A stretch of 64,000 nucleotides of DNA from Vicugna vicugna (lineage: Eukaryota), in contig MU058824.1 of the NCBI GenBank assembly GCA_013265495.1, forward strand, positions 5,909,245 through 5,973,244, read 5' to 3'. Both the position numbers and the translations under genes were made by a program. Shown in pieces: positions 25,356 through 38,099 of this stretch. The notes under the pieces are model-generated. The model was not told the DNA's origin. It worked only from the letters and a program-made list of their open reading frames with translations, and ran no database searches. Numbering within the stretch: the stretch's first letter is position 1; each line of letters starts with the position of its first letter.

Positions 25356-26206
25356 AGATGATTCTCATGTCCACAAGTAAATGTTTATGTTATTGCCCAT
25401 ATCTGGGATTCACAGTGATGATTAAGTGGAAAGATTTTGTTTATGGTCATAATAAAACATTCTTTTCAAATTATACCACAACTAAATCTGAGTCCCCATA
25501 GTTACAGACATGATTAAAGTAAGGACAGGAAGCGAGGGGGTGGGGGAAATACCTTAAAGATTCATAGATGTGCACTTATGTTCCCCTCATCAGAAATGCT
25601 TTGCTTTCATAAGGAGTTATTTCTTTTTTAGAATTCAGTTAGAAACACAGATTGTTTTCTCACACATATGGGGAACACTGTGACATATTTATCATTATTT
25701 TATTTTATTTATCATTACTTAATTTTATTTGATTACAAGCGTGTCTATGTCTTCAGTATTAAGAGGACAGTTTCACTGTACCATAAAGCAGAAAATTAAC
25801 ATAATGGTATATTGGAATGGACTTTTGGGACAATTCCATCTGAGAGGCTGGTTCTTTCAAAATAAATACTATCTTGAAATAAGATATTCTTCCTTTGATC
25901 ACCAGATTTCTCTAAAATATTTGTAGCCTATATGCCTTACATATAAAGCTGGCTATGCAACTAAATTTTCAATAAATGCTCATTGGTAAATTCTGGCATG
26001 GTCCTGCTGAAATTTCAGAATTAAGTAAATTTCGAAGAGATGAGACTATAATCGACCTAAGTTTTGTAATTTTTCATTCTGCATAAGAAGGATGAGGAGG
26101 CACATGGGGAAATGTGCTCATCTATTGGCTACTTACAGAAGGATAAAAAGAAATTTCTTCCACATTTTCACACCACCCCTATACTAGTATTACCCTTCCT
26201 CTAGAG

Positions 26207-26525
26207 CTCCATGGGCCAAATCTGGTTCATTGTCTGTTTTTGTACTGTCCACAAGCTAAGAATGGCTTTTGCATTTTTAAATTGTTTGGAAAAAAATCAA
26301 AATAAAAATATTTTATGACATGTGAAAGTTATATAAGTTCAAATTTAAGTGTCCATAAATAAAGTTTTATTGGAACATAGCCATGCTCATTTGTTTCTGT
26401 GTACTCTAAGGCTGTTTTGTGCTAAACAGCAGAGTTGAATATTTGAGATAGAGACGATGTCTGTCTACCACCAACTCTAAAATACTATTATATGGCTCTT
26501 TACAGAAAAAGTTTATTGGCCCCTG
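26207..26525. mobile_element. MER58B-like hAT-Charlie MITE with 8-bp TSD
   Basis: GGGCCAAATCTGG...AGCTAAGAATGG...AATAAAGTTTTATTGGAACA...TTTACAGAAAAAGTTTATTGGCCCCTG. TSD CTCTAGAG (26199-26206) / CTCTAGAA (26526-26533). Left terminal repeat partly deleted. Confidence 0.9.
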
Positions 26526-27424
26526 CTCTAGAAATAGACTCAGTTTTCTTCATTCTTACTTGAAACTGAAGATGTGCTTTGTTTTGCAGATTATAAGGGT
26601 TTTGAACTTTTGACTCTTTATCCCCGTGTGCCCATGCACGTGTGCATGTGTGTGCACCCAACACACACACTCTTTTATTTTGTCTCCCTTTATTTTGCTT
26701 TCTCACTTCTGCTCTGACAACCAGGAAGTCTGAGCAGCATCTGCTTCAGGACCAAATCTATTTGCTTTTCCTGGCCACAAGAATGGAGTTCATTAAGAAA
26801 GGAACCAAAGCCTGAAAATAGAGAGAATCACCTTTTCCTATTGCATGCTGCCTATTCTGGCCCAGCTTTTAGAAGCTGGGGTCTCCAACATATGCTACAA
26901 CTTTTCTCCCAGGCTTTCTGTGTGGGGAGCATTCCAAAAGGGAACAGACCTTTCTCTTATTGCAATTTTTTATCAAGAAGCCTTGTGGCCAGAAAATATA
27001 AGAGAAAACTTTAAAATCTCTGAGCATATATGAGAGAGAGTTGGGATAACCTGTCAAGTCTAGAGAAAGGATTTTTGCATTTTTTCTTTTTTTAATTTAA
27101 ATAAAAAGCAGTCAGACTATTAGCTTTGATGAAAAACAAGAATTTCTATGCTCCTTTCCCCTAGGAAATGGTGTTATAGAAAGAATACCCTCTGGACATG
27201 CATAAAGGAAAAGGGCAGCGAAAAAAGAAAGGAAAGAAATGCCTCAAACTTTCATGTTATTTGTAAGAGTTTGTAGATGGAGCTGTACTGATGACATAAA
27301 TATGTTAACTGCACTGAGTTTCAGAAGGGACATTCATTTCTTTTGCAAAGATATTATGGAACTATGATTGAATGACTCAGGAGAGAAAGACATAAAGATT
27401 CCAAGATTCTGGCACCTTTAACAG

Positions 27425-27640
27425 CAGCATGGAGAAGTGGTAGGAGAGTGAGAAAACCCACACTCTAGTCCTCAGTTAGGAGTTCTAATGCCATGGATGT
27501 GGCCCCCAAACTTTTTGAGTCTCAGTTTCCTAAATTTTAAAAGAAGGATAATAGTTCTTCTTCAACTTGTCCCAAGGGACTGTACTGAGATTTGAATGTG
27601 ATAATATATGTTAATTGCTTTTTGTTGATCGTAGAGGGCT
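27425..27640 (+). mobile_element. MIR
   Basis: TTTGAGTCTCAGTTTCCTAAATTTTAAAAGAAGGATAATAG...TGAGATTTGAATGTGATAATATATG. Confidence 0.65.
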
Positions 27641-28299
27641 AATCCCTTTTAAGATACTGTTTTTATCACCACTTATCTTGTGTCCTGAGCTTTATCTCCT
27701 TGTTCAACTAAACAGTTTCCTTTTAACGCCCACAAAAACAGAACTTTTAAATTCACTCTCCATGTTGTAGCAGAAATTGCATTTCCTAGTATCTACTCAA
27801 AATATAAATAAACTTTAAAAAAGATGGACACAGAGTCAAGATTCTCAGGGCAGCTGCTCCTAGTGGGCCCCTCTTTCAAAACGAGGTAGCTGGGGCCTGA
27901 TTGGATGAATTACTCCACAGGCCACCATGTTCCCAGAGCACAATGGAAAATGTCTTCTGGAAACAAGGCAAAACAAAACCCATTCTACAGTTCCCCAAAC
28001 TCTCCAGTTTGGTCTCACTTTGCCACAGTTCTCAAATGAATGGAAGCTGGAGGACAGTCAAGTAAAAGTAATAATGTGCACTCAGAAATACAGGCCTACA
28101 GTAGTCCCTTATTTACTACAGGTATCATTCATGGCCATGAACTATAATGATTATTTCCTCTGGAATCTTAGTGGTGTTTTGTTTCATTTTGTTGTTGCTG
28201 TTGTTGTTGTTGTTGTTTCTTACACCCAGGTGTAGTTCACATAACCACTATCAGGAATAATAACATCTTGTTTCATAACATCATATGAAAAGGAACCAC

Positions 28300-28455
28300 G
28301 TGGACCTATTTGTATTACAATATCATACTTTTTATACAGGTAAATGCAGTTATCATTACCAATTTTTTATACAAGAAAATGAACTTCCAGAGGTTAAATA
28401 GCACTTTCAAAATTACATGGCGAGTTTGTACAAATTTGATCCTTTAATTCTGGAA
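28300..28455 (-). mobile_element. MIR
   Basis: TTATCATTACCAATTTTTTATACAAGAAAATGAACTTCCAGAGGTTAAATAG. Confidence 0.55.
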
Positions 28456-28499
28456 TGCTTACATAGTCTTGTAATCTGTTCCCTGAGTGCTTAGTGGAA

Positions 28500-28580
28500 A
28501 TATTCATCCATTCAAACACTCACAAAATACATACTAAGCACTTATAGTGTATTAGGCCCTGCTTGTTGCTAGGGACTCAC
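28500..28580 (-). mobile_element. L2 3' end
   Basis: ATTCATCCATTCA...TACTAAGCACTTATAGTGTATTAGGCCCTG. Confidence 0.6.
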
Positions 28581-28879
28581 TTGGGAGAGTCAAGGCCTCT
28601 TACATCTAATGGATGTGGACCTTCCACCCAGTAGACAATACTACCCCTGACCCTCCTTTGGATCAAAGGTGCCCTGGAAAAGATGGAACTCAAGCATGGA
28701 CTGCACTCTTGGTTCTCTAAGCCCCTCTCCCTATCATGCCCCACCCTTGGCAAAGATTCCTAGTGCCCCTTGAACACAAGAAGACAAGAAGGCTAAATTC
28801 ATCATGTTCCAATGAATAATGTTTGTATTCTAAATGGCTTATTTCACACTCTAGCCGAATATTTTTAATACTCAGAAAA

Positions 28880-29830
28880 TATATTCCTACTACTGTTGCA
28901 CTAATACTAGATTCTGTCAGAAATGCAAAAGACCTTAATGTTCAATAATGGAGAAATGAGAAAATAAGATGTGGTATATTCTCTCAGTACACCGTTAGGC
29001 AGGCATTAAAGTTTGTAATAACATGGAAAATGCTTGAGTAACAGTAACTTGCTTCACCAGTTTGGAGGTATAAACATAGCCACATCCTTTTATTATTCTA
29101 ATTAATCACTTACAAATCCACATGCCTATCTATATTGGCATGTCACCCCAGTCACAATTATTAGGCCAGAGGATTCCCACCATTCTTCTCAATGAGAGGG
29201 AAAACCACTAACAGAGCAGCACTGTTGGCACTGTTACAACAGGGACAACTGAAGCGGAATGAGGGTCCCACAGCTACAGTGAAGCCTGTGTACAGTTAGA
29301 TCCCTAAATTGATCCAGTACCGGGGATGAGAGCACATCAGTCTGCCCAAAGAAGCTGAGTCTCCAGGCTGTGGCCTTGGTACCAAAGTGACAAAACTCAG
29401 GCACATAGCTGCCTGAGGGCAGCATTCTGAGAGGTTTGCAGTTAGCAGCGCAGCTGGGAGCAGGAAACCAGAGCGGAAGGAGAGAAGCAGCCCAGCAGTG
29501 TCAGGGCAGCCAAAAAGCAAGTGAGAACCTGGGAGAAAGTGCTTGGCCATGAGACACACCCACTGAATATCCCCAGACACATGCCCAAATAGATTTGTTA
29601 TGGTGAAATACATATTACATGATACAATCAGCATTATAAATATATATATTTATACACGTAAAATAAATATATATATATACACGTAAAATAGGAAGGAAAT
29701 ACATCAAAGTAGCAATTGTTGTTCTCCCTCAATGGTGGGAATACAGACCATTCCCTCCCTGTTACTCTTTTCTTGCTATTTTGGAAAAATTTCAAAATAA
29801 TTATGCTTTGCTTTTTAACTTTATAAGTTA
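28880..29830 (+). mobile_element. L1ME 3' end, interrupted by an unclassified insert at ~29045-29590
   Basis: Left part AATGTTCAATAATGGAGAAATGAGAAAATAAGATGTGGTATATT...TAATAACATGGAAAATGCTT; right part GGAAGGAAATACATCAAAGT...GGTGGGAATACAG. Confidence 0.6.
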
Positions 29831-30727
29831 ATTGTAAGTAGTTTAACTTCTTAGTGATCAGTGCTTTCTAAACTAGCTAATACAAAAAGCAATGTAATGT
29901 TCCTTATTTTTCATGGCTATGCATTTCTTTTTCATTATTTTTGAGTCACAAGAAAAAAAGCTATATGGTTTGAATTTGCCTGTGGCTCAGTAGTTTGGTA
30001 AACTCATACTTGGCATAAACATTAGTCAAACAGCACATGAACTGTTTGCATAATGGAAAAGTAAATATTCTTAACATAATTAATCAAAATGTCTCATGTA
30101 GTTTGCAACTTAGATCTAGAGGCCAGAATCTGGGGTACACAGCCCAAAAATCCATTGCCCTGCTTGTTATAAGACACCCAAACTATATCTAGGTCATCAG
30201 GCAGCTGCCAAAATGGAAGGACAATAAGATTGTTGAAAAGTTTAAATTAAAATATTAATCAAAATTAAGTAACAGAAGGTAGGCTGTAATAAGATGGCGA
30301 GAATATTTTTTAATATTAATAAATATACTTATACCTTGCAGAATTTCATATGAGGAATCTTTGTCAAGTGGCAAAAATTCTAAGAACAAAACAAAGCCTC
30401 ATTGAGAAGACTGCTGGTGATATAATAAATGTAGTCTTTGCAGAATTATTTTATGTACAATGTGAGATATATATTACTATCACATGATAAAACTAAGAAT
30501 TTTAAAAAATGCATTTATCTAATTATTCAAGAGTAGCTTAGGTCCTGTCTCTAACTCCGGAACTTTTGCCCATTTAAAAAAGAAATCTGTGTATATGAAA
30601 TATAGAACATAAAAACCTTCATGCCTATTGGAGATTCTAAAGAAAGTATATTATCTCAATGAAATTCTTAAAAGCAATGTACTCAATTCAATAGCTATTT
30701 ATAATACATCAACAAAGCCAAGACCCC

Positions 30728-31302
30728 TGTCTTGATTTAGGTTCCCCCAGAAACAGACCCTGAGTAAAGGATTCAATTGCAAGTAGTTTATTCGGGAGGT
30801 GATCCCAGGAAACAACATTAGGGAAGTAAAATAGTGAGACAAAAAAGGAAAGAAGCCAAGGAGGGAGGAGGAAGGGAAAGAGGGCTAGGGGAAAGAAAGA
30901 GAGAGACAGAGAGAAGAAAGTCAGGAAAGGATATGTTATCAAACCAGTTACCACAGTGGGCAACTGGAGCTTAATCTCCCTGCGGACTTTTAGGAGACAG
31001 TGTAGAACACACTCCAGAATGATCTCAACTGAAGGACAAGGAAGCTGAGTATTTATCCACCAACATCCTTTTTGTCACTGGTGTGGGGCTTGTTCCAGGA
31101 GCATTATCTTTTCAGAACGTCTAGGTCTTCCTTCATGCAAGCCAACCTGTGACCAGAAAACAGACCTCTGGCTGGTGCTTGCCATAGCAGTCTTCAGCAT
31201 GCAGAGTGAATGCCAGGAAGATACAGCCAGCACATTGACATCATGTGCTACAGCACCCAGTTTGGGGAGTGTTATTTGGGTGAGCACTGATGTAGCATTT
31301 AC
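30728..31302 (-). mobile_element. ERVL-class solo LTR (LTR16/LTR67-like)
   Basis: Starts TGTCTTGATTTAGGTTCCCCCAGAAACAGACCCTGAGTAAAGGATTCAATTGCAAGTAGTTTATT and ends GAGCACTGATGTAGCATTTACA (TG...CA termini). Confidence 0.8.
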
Positions 31303-31304
31303 AT

Positions 31305-31480
31305 CTAAGCATACTGCACACAAGTCTGTGACTTGGGTATTACTACTATCTCCATTTTTCGGATGATAAAACTTAGGCACAAAGAGGTTAAATGAGCTGT
31401 CCAAGCTGGAATTGAACTCAAGAACTCTTGAATTTGAACTTAAGCACTCTGATTCCAGAGTCCACATTCTCCACATCCTT
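31305..31480 (-). mobile_element. MIR
   Basis: ACTATCTCCATTTTTCGGATGATAAAACTTAGGCACAAAGAGGTTAAATGAGCTGTCCAAG...TCTGATTCCAGAGTCCA. Confidence 0.85.
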
Positions 31481-32839
31481 ATTCATCTTGATATGTTACC
31501 TCCACTATAGCTGGAGGTAATCAGCCCACATGAGGAACAGTAGGGTTTTGGGAGAGCTTTTCACTAGGGCTCTAAGAAAAGGTATGGTGTCTCCTTCCTC
31601 ATTAACTCTGACTGACTCCAAAGAGAGTAGCCTCTGGTGTCTCTTGACCTTGTTACCAAAGGTCAGCCAAGACACGCAGTCAGAATCAGGAAATGAAGAC
31701 ATGCAGGAGAGACATTTCCCTATTTGCCTCCCACACGCTGTCCACACATAAACCTCTGCATTTCCTAGAATTTCTTTTCAGAATCCAGATAGTCCAGCAG
31801 TCATTTTGAGACATCATAATTTTTCATTAACAGTTTCAATTCTATGAGCCTCTAAGCCTGTCTCTCCACAATGCTTTAATAGCCTAGGGATGGAATCAGT
31901 TTGACCAGGGACTGTAAGCAAAGAGGTAATTAGCTCTATTTCAACTGACTGTGTAACTGTAAGGGACACAGCGTTAGGCAGGTGGTAAATTAGCTATTTG
32001 GAGAGGTCCTTTCATTCTTTCAGGCTACTGAGGCATTAAAACCTCTATGAGCATCTACCAGACAATGTTGTAAATTCTTGTGAAACTCTACTTTAGTACA
32101 ATTTTAGAAAAATCACTTATTCTAGGTAACCTAATTAGAAGAAGTAAGGCATAGCAGGCATCTTTAAGAGTATGAGTCTTGAGTATCCATCTGAGTTTGG
32201 TAAACAAAATTTGGAATTGATTCTAATAGGTTTAGACACTAAGTACTCTCTGCCAATTCTTTCCAATTAAACAGAGAATAGAAACAGATGAGAAATCAAT
32301 CAAAATAAAATGAAACACCTTTGATCACCTTGGGTGGGATTTGAGAATGGGCCCATTTTTTTGTTGTCTTATATGATCCTGTGGCATTATCAAATTCTTC
32401 CTGAGACAAACTAGAAAAGCAGAATGGGCTCAGGTTTCTTTAGAAGAATAGCAGGGAAGAGGAGACATAATTATGTTTAATTCTTCCCCATTTCAAGAAT
32501 ATTATGGACCATGATTCTGTTCCCAACTATTTTAAGCAGTAACTTAAGTATGTACACACCAAAAAACGAAAAACAAACAAACAAACAAAAAACCTAGAAG
32601 ATACATCAGATGTTTTCTTTCCACTACATTGCATTTTTGAATTCCGTAAATCTCTATTGTAAATTGCTTAGAAATCCTGAAAACTTCTTTTACATTTCCC
32701 ATTTGGGTGGGTAGAGAATAAACATAAAGCCAAGTTTAGAGGCGTCATGCATTTCTTCTTCATTATTTTTAGGTATTACCAGGGCCATGTGTCTTCCAAT
32801 ACTTGGCACAGGGAAGGCTCTCTATATACACTTTTTTTT

Positions 32840-33200
32840 CAGCATAGTAGAATACAGATAGTCCAGTTTCAATTTCAACTGCCACAATTTCCCATGCACT
32901 GTGACTTAACATCTCTGATAATAACACCTACCTCAGAGTTAGTTACTGTGAGGATTCAGTGGTGTGCTATAACTGACTGTTACAGCTCCTGAGAAATAAA
33001 TGTGTGCATCTCTCTTAAATTCTCCATGCATTGACATCATGTTGGTAGCCTGAAATCAGCCATGGTGAGAATATTTGCCATAGAAATTGACAAAAACTAT
33101 AAATCAAGGCTTTCTTTTTTTCCCCCCCAGCAGCCTGGTTTACTAGCCCATTACTGAAAATTGTATAACACGCAAAATGTTTAACAGAGTATCCAGCTCT
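32840..33200 (+). mobile_element. MIR interrupted by a MER63-like element
   Basis: ATAATAACACCTACCTCAGAGTTAGTTACTGTGAGGATT precedes the insert; the MIR tail resumes at ~33157. Confidence 0.6.
32957..33156. mobile_element. MER63A-like hAT MITE
   Basis: Terminal inverted repeats CAGTGGTGTGCT...AGCCCATTACTG; body TGACATCATGTTGGTAGCCTGAAATCAGCCATGGTG. Confidence 0.85.
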
Positions 33201-34054
33201 TTCCTTTCCTGTCTTTAAGAGTTTGCAGACAGCTTTACTTCCATATCTAGAAAATTCGAGTAACAATTTCACTTTATAATCAGTCATTTGTTAAGGATTT
33301 GCCCTTGCTGTTGTTTTTGACAATCATACAAGCCTAATTGTTAGGATGATCTTGATTAGAATTTAAATGCCAAATGAAACTCTGCTCTGGTATCTTGATC
33401 TCTGATACTTGCTTAAGCAGAGCTAATAAATGCTGCATTTGAGTCTTTAACTGCCTGGGTTCTACTGAGGAGCTGGCACTGTCTGTTGAGCCTCAAGTGG
33501 AATCACCAAAAAAAGTTTTCCTTTTAATCAAAGGACTCAAGAAATCACACCGCCCTGCTGCAACAGTTGGGAAAACTGATGTGTTCCCAACAGACATAAA
33601 ATGCTACTAAAATTATTTGACAGTGCAATTCAACATATCACACTAGACAAAATATGAAATCTGTGACATAGAAGTTACCATAGATTCGGTGGAGTAGAAC
33701 CAAATGCTACACCAGAAGGTGCTGTAATTGGAAGCCTGTAGAAGGCTGACTTTCTAATAATGTGCAGGGGATGTGGTAGGAATAGTGGGTATAAAGACAG
33801 CAGAGGTTCTCTTTCTCCTGGTGACTAAGAGGAGAGTTCTTTATGAAATCCTATAGGATATCAGTTTCCCTCTTGAAGCATAAGATCATGAATGGCAGCT
33901 AGAATTCTACTGTGTATAAAATGTTGGAAATGTTCTTATGATTGATTCCTCTAATCATCTCCAGAAAGTACTAATTGTAGCACACAGCTGAAACTCCGTC
34001 TCAGAGATGCTTTGGAGTCATTCTGGTAAGCAGTAACATAGCATCGTCTGTTAG

Positions 34055-34258
34055 GAAGAATGACATAGTTGTCAAAAGACTGTGCCCCATGTTTTAATTC
34101 TGCCATTCTCATGTGACCTTGGGCAAATTCCATGATTTCTCTAAAAATCAATCTTTTCATCTTTCTAGGAGGCATCCGTATAGGATCAGTAGAGGGTCAA
34201 TACTGAAAATGTGTCCCATATAGCAAAACACTGTACCAGGTGTACAATGTTATTACTG
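34055..34258 (+). mobile_element. MIR/MIR3
   Basis: TCTGCCATT...ATGTGACCTTGGGCAAATT. Confidence 0.6.
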
Positions 34259-34409
34259 CTTAGACATTCTTGATCATATCCTACCAAAACAGAAAGCTTT
34301 TTTATTGCAAACTATCTAATTTGGCATTAATAGAAAGCTGAACCACAAATCTCAGAAATCATTTTGTAATGTTAAACCATAGAGCAAAGAAAAAGGTAAA
34401 CTTCCTGAT

Positions 34410-34650
34410 GATTAAAAGCTGGGCTTTGGAATCAGGCAGACCTGAATGTTATTATAAGTTTCAATATATACTAGCTATGTGACCTTAGGCAATTTATTTA
34501 CCTCTCTAAACCTCAGTTTTCTCTTCTTGCAAATGAGGACTATGATAAGACCTAGCTTATTATGTTGTGTTAAATAAGAGAATATATATGTGTGTGTGTG
34601 TGTGTGTATGTGTGTGATTAGAACCATAGCTAGTTTTCAATAAATGTTAT
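34410..34650 (+). mobile_element. MIR with internal (TG)n
   Basis: GGCTTTGGAATCAGGCAGACCTG...CTAGCTATGTGACCTTAGGCAATTTATTTACCTCTCTAAACCTCAGTTTTCTC...TCAATAAATGTTA. Confidence 0.9.
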
Positions 34651-36094
34651 AAAGGTTTTGCTGTTGTTGTTGCTATTGTTATTTATATTCTCAAATTACC
34701 TAGGCAGAAAAATATTCCTAATACTGAGGATAAGAATCCCTAGAGTAAATTAAAAGAATTTGACAAGGAGTCACAGATTCTTAAACTCCAGAATTTAAAT
34801 TAATGGTGCATGGTGGTAGCTAGCTTTGGACCATAAAAGTAAAGGAAACCAGCCTCATTTTCCTCTAGGTTCTTCCTCTTAAACTTTCTTCCATTTAAAC
34901 TATAAAAAATGCCAGTAGGAAGACAGATGTATTTGTGGCTAAGTTCTTCTCCTGGGAGAGAAGAGGTCCTAAAAGGTGAGATTCTTTACTTCCTTGGGAC
35001 TTAGTTTCATGGACTTTGAAATGAACAGTTGGAAAGATGTGCTCCAGCAACCAATGTTAATGATGGAGGTGGTTTTACTGACCAGAGCCACAGAGCATAG
35101 ACAAGGGAAAATGACATTTTAAGTCCCAGGCAAAGGTAGACCAGGGAAGAAAGGTACAGTTCATAATGTTAAGTTCAGGAAAGAAGATAGGAGACTAGAA
35201 ACAAAGTAGATACCAAAGGTAAATAGAGCTTTATGCCACTGTGGACAGGCAGGCTAGAAGGAGTTCAGGAAATCAATCCTGAAGCCATAAACAACTGAAG
35301 TGTAGTTTTTAAGGGTAAGTATGCCCCTTGGTGAGAAAACTCTTAGAAATTATTCATTATCCTGTTTTGAGGTTGGTGATAAGAAATATCAGAAAATTTT
35401 AAGCTTAAAACTTCTTTGTCTTCCACTAAGGGAAAAAATAAGCTCTCTCTTAAGAAAACAAAATGTTTTTGCATATAGGACCAATCATTGGGCCAATCTC
35501 AGAAAGGTCTGGTATTTTATTTATTGACATGGAACCCAAGCCTTTCTGTGTCCAAGATTCTCCCAGGTTAAACCACTTTGGAACGTTCATAAGTCAACCA
35601 GGACTCTAGATAACAATTGGAAGACATCACAGAGCAGAAAACTGGTTGTCAGGAGTTGGGGTTTAGGGTGGGGGAAACTGGGAGAAGTGTCAAGAGCAAG
35701 CTGCATTTGGAAGAGAACACTCTAACCGGAAGCTAAAATTTGTGATAGAATCATTTTCCTCTTGCAATTTCCTAAGATTTCCTCAGGTTCTCCATGATAA
35801 GATTGTAGCTTTCTTGGGGGTATTTCAATGTTTTCTTTCATGATCTCTCATGAAATGAGGCACACCTTCAAAAGCAGGAGCTGCAAACATTATTAACTAC
35901 TATACCCCATTTGAAAAAATGTAAGTATATGCCTTATTCTTAATTAAACAAAATTCAATCCATGTTTTGGTGAAATGGTAATTATTTTGCCAATTACAAC
36001 TAATTGGTGTGTGAACAAACAATGAAGTTTGTTCTATGGATTCCTTTTTACTATCATGTTGCTGAATTCTAGTTAAGAGGATAAAAGAAAACCT

Positions 36095-36212
36095 AGAATA
36101 ATAGAATATTTGAGCTATGAAGGGAATTTTAGACCTGTTATCTTTTTATTTCAAAGTTCATGAAACTAAGCCCGAGAGAAGTAAAGTGACTTACCCAAGT
36201 CCTCACAGCTGT
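36095..36212 (-). mobile_element. MIR
   Basis: GAAACTAAGCCCGAGAGAAGTAAAGTGACTTACCCAAGTCCTCACAGCT. Confidence 0.8.
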
Positions 36213-36299
36213 CAAAATGAAGGAGTAATGAACAAAGTAGGGGCAGATCACAGTTAAATAATAACCATTGTCACACACTGACATAACAACTAATTTTGC

Positions 36300-38070
36300 A
36301 AAGGCTTACTATGGCTGTATTGTGTTTTCTGATTATAATGCAATTAAATTAGAAATTAATTGCAGAAAGATAAGTAGAAAGTCACCAAATGTTTAGAACT
36401 TATGTAGTATACTTATAAATAGCCCATATGTTAAAGAAGAAACCAACTGAAAAGAAAATACTTTGAACTAAACAAAAATTTATAAAAAATATATATATAT
36501 AAAAGCCCACAGAATGAACCTAAATCCTGTATTAGGATGTAAAAAAAAAAAATCCTTAAAATCTATTACCTAAATTACCTCCCTAAGAAGTTATAAAAAG
36601 AATAGTACATTAAATAACCCTAAAAGTAGAAGAAAGACAATAATAAGGATAAAAGAAGAAACAAATAAAGAAGAAAATAAACATATAATAGAAAAGGTCA
36701 AGAAACCAAAAGTTTGATTATTTGAAAAGGATAATAACATTTATAAACATCTTATCAAGAGTGAAGATAAGAAAGAAAAAAAGTAGAAAAGAACCAACAG
36801 AAATAAAAATGGGGCATCATTACAGTTCCTACAGAATTAAAAAAATAATAAGGGGATAGTATAAAAAACTTTATGCCAATAAATTTGAAAATTTAGATGA
36901 AATCAATAAATTCCCACAAAACAAAGCTAATTACTGACACAAAAAAGAAAAAATATGAATAATTATGTATTTCTGAAAGAAACTGAATCTGTAATAAAAA
37001 TTCTTCCTAATACTTATAAATAAATAACACCTATTTTATACAAACTCAAGAGATAAAAAAGAAGAAACACTTCCTAGCCCAGGATAAAGCTGATATCAAA
37101 ATCTGACAAGAACAAAACAAGACCATAAAATTGTCAAATCTCTCTCTGGAGTACTGACACAAAATCCTAATTAAAATGTTAGCAAATTGAGTCCAGTTTT
37201 ATAAAGATGGATAGTATATTACAATGAATTCAAGATTGCTTAGTATATATGAAAAAACAGATCAATTAAAAAAATTCTTCTAAAGAATGTGAGAAGGCAC
37301 TTAAGAAATGATGGTAGCAAATAAACATATAAAAAGGTCTTGACATAATTAGTCATCAGAAAAATGTAAATTAAAACTACAATGAGCTATCACAACACAC
37401 ATAGAGTAGCAAAAACTGAAAGGACTGATATTTAATATGAAGAGCTGGGGAGAACATGGAGCAACTGGAACTGTCTTATATCACTCATAGGGGCATAAAT
37501 TGTTACAAAAACTTCAGAAAAAATTTTTAGTTGTACCTACCAAAGTAGAACAAATGCACACTCTATGATCCAACAATTTCACTTCTGACTATATATACAA
37601 AGAAATTCATATATGTATTCCCCAAAAAGATATACAGCAATATTCAAAGCAGCATTATTCACAATAGCCCCAAACTGAAGACAACCCAAATATCCATCGG
37701 CATGAAAACACATAAAGAAATTGTAGTATTTCACAAAAAGGACTATAATTACTCAAAATATTGTTGAATCTTACAAACATTATGATGAACAAATAAAGCC
37801 AAAAGAGTATGTATTAAATGATGAAATTTATCTAAAATTCAAAAACAGCTCAAACTACTTAAACTGACAAAGGTCATAGAATGCAGAAAAGTGGTTACCT
37901 TTGGGTAGATGCAGGGAGTGACGGGAAGGCTTCCCAGGTGTTGTAATGTTTTACAATTTGATCTAGGCAGTAGTTAACGTGAGTGTGTTTACTTTGTCAA
38001 AATTTATGAGGCCACACATTTATAACTTATGTGCCTTTCTGTATTTATACTACACCTCAATTTATAAAAA
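36300..38070 (+). mobile_element. Ancient L1 (L1ME-like) ORF2 remnants and 3' UTR with large internal deletions
   Basis: TCTGATTATAATGCAATTAAATTAGAAATTAAT; AACTTTATGCCAATAAATTTGAAAATTTAGATGAAAT; TAGTCATCAGAAAAATGTAAATTAAAACTACAATGAG; 3' end TATACTACACCTCAAT. Confidence 0.88.
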
Positions 38071-38099
38071 GGAGGGAAAGGAGGGAAGACAATAACAAA

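Noticed and set aside
29638..29690. ~26-bp duplication TATATACACGTAAAATA
   Set aside because: Ordinary slippage within an AT microsatellite in an L1 tail.
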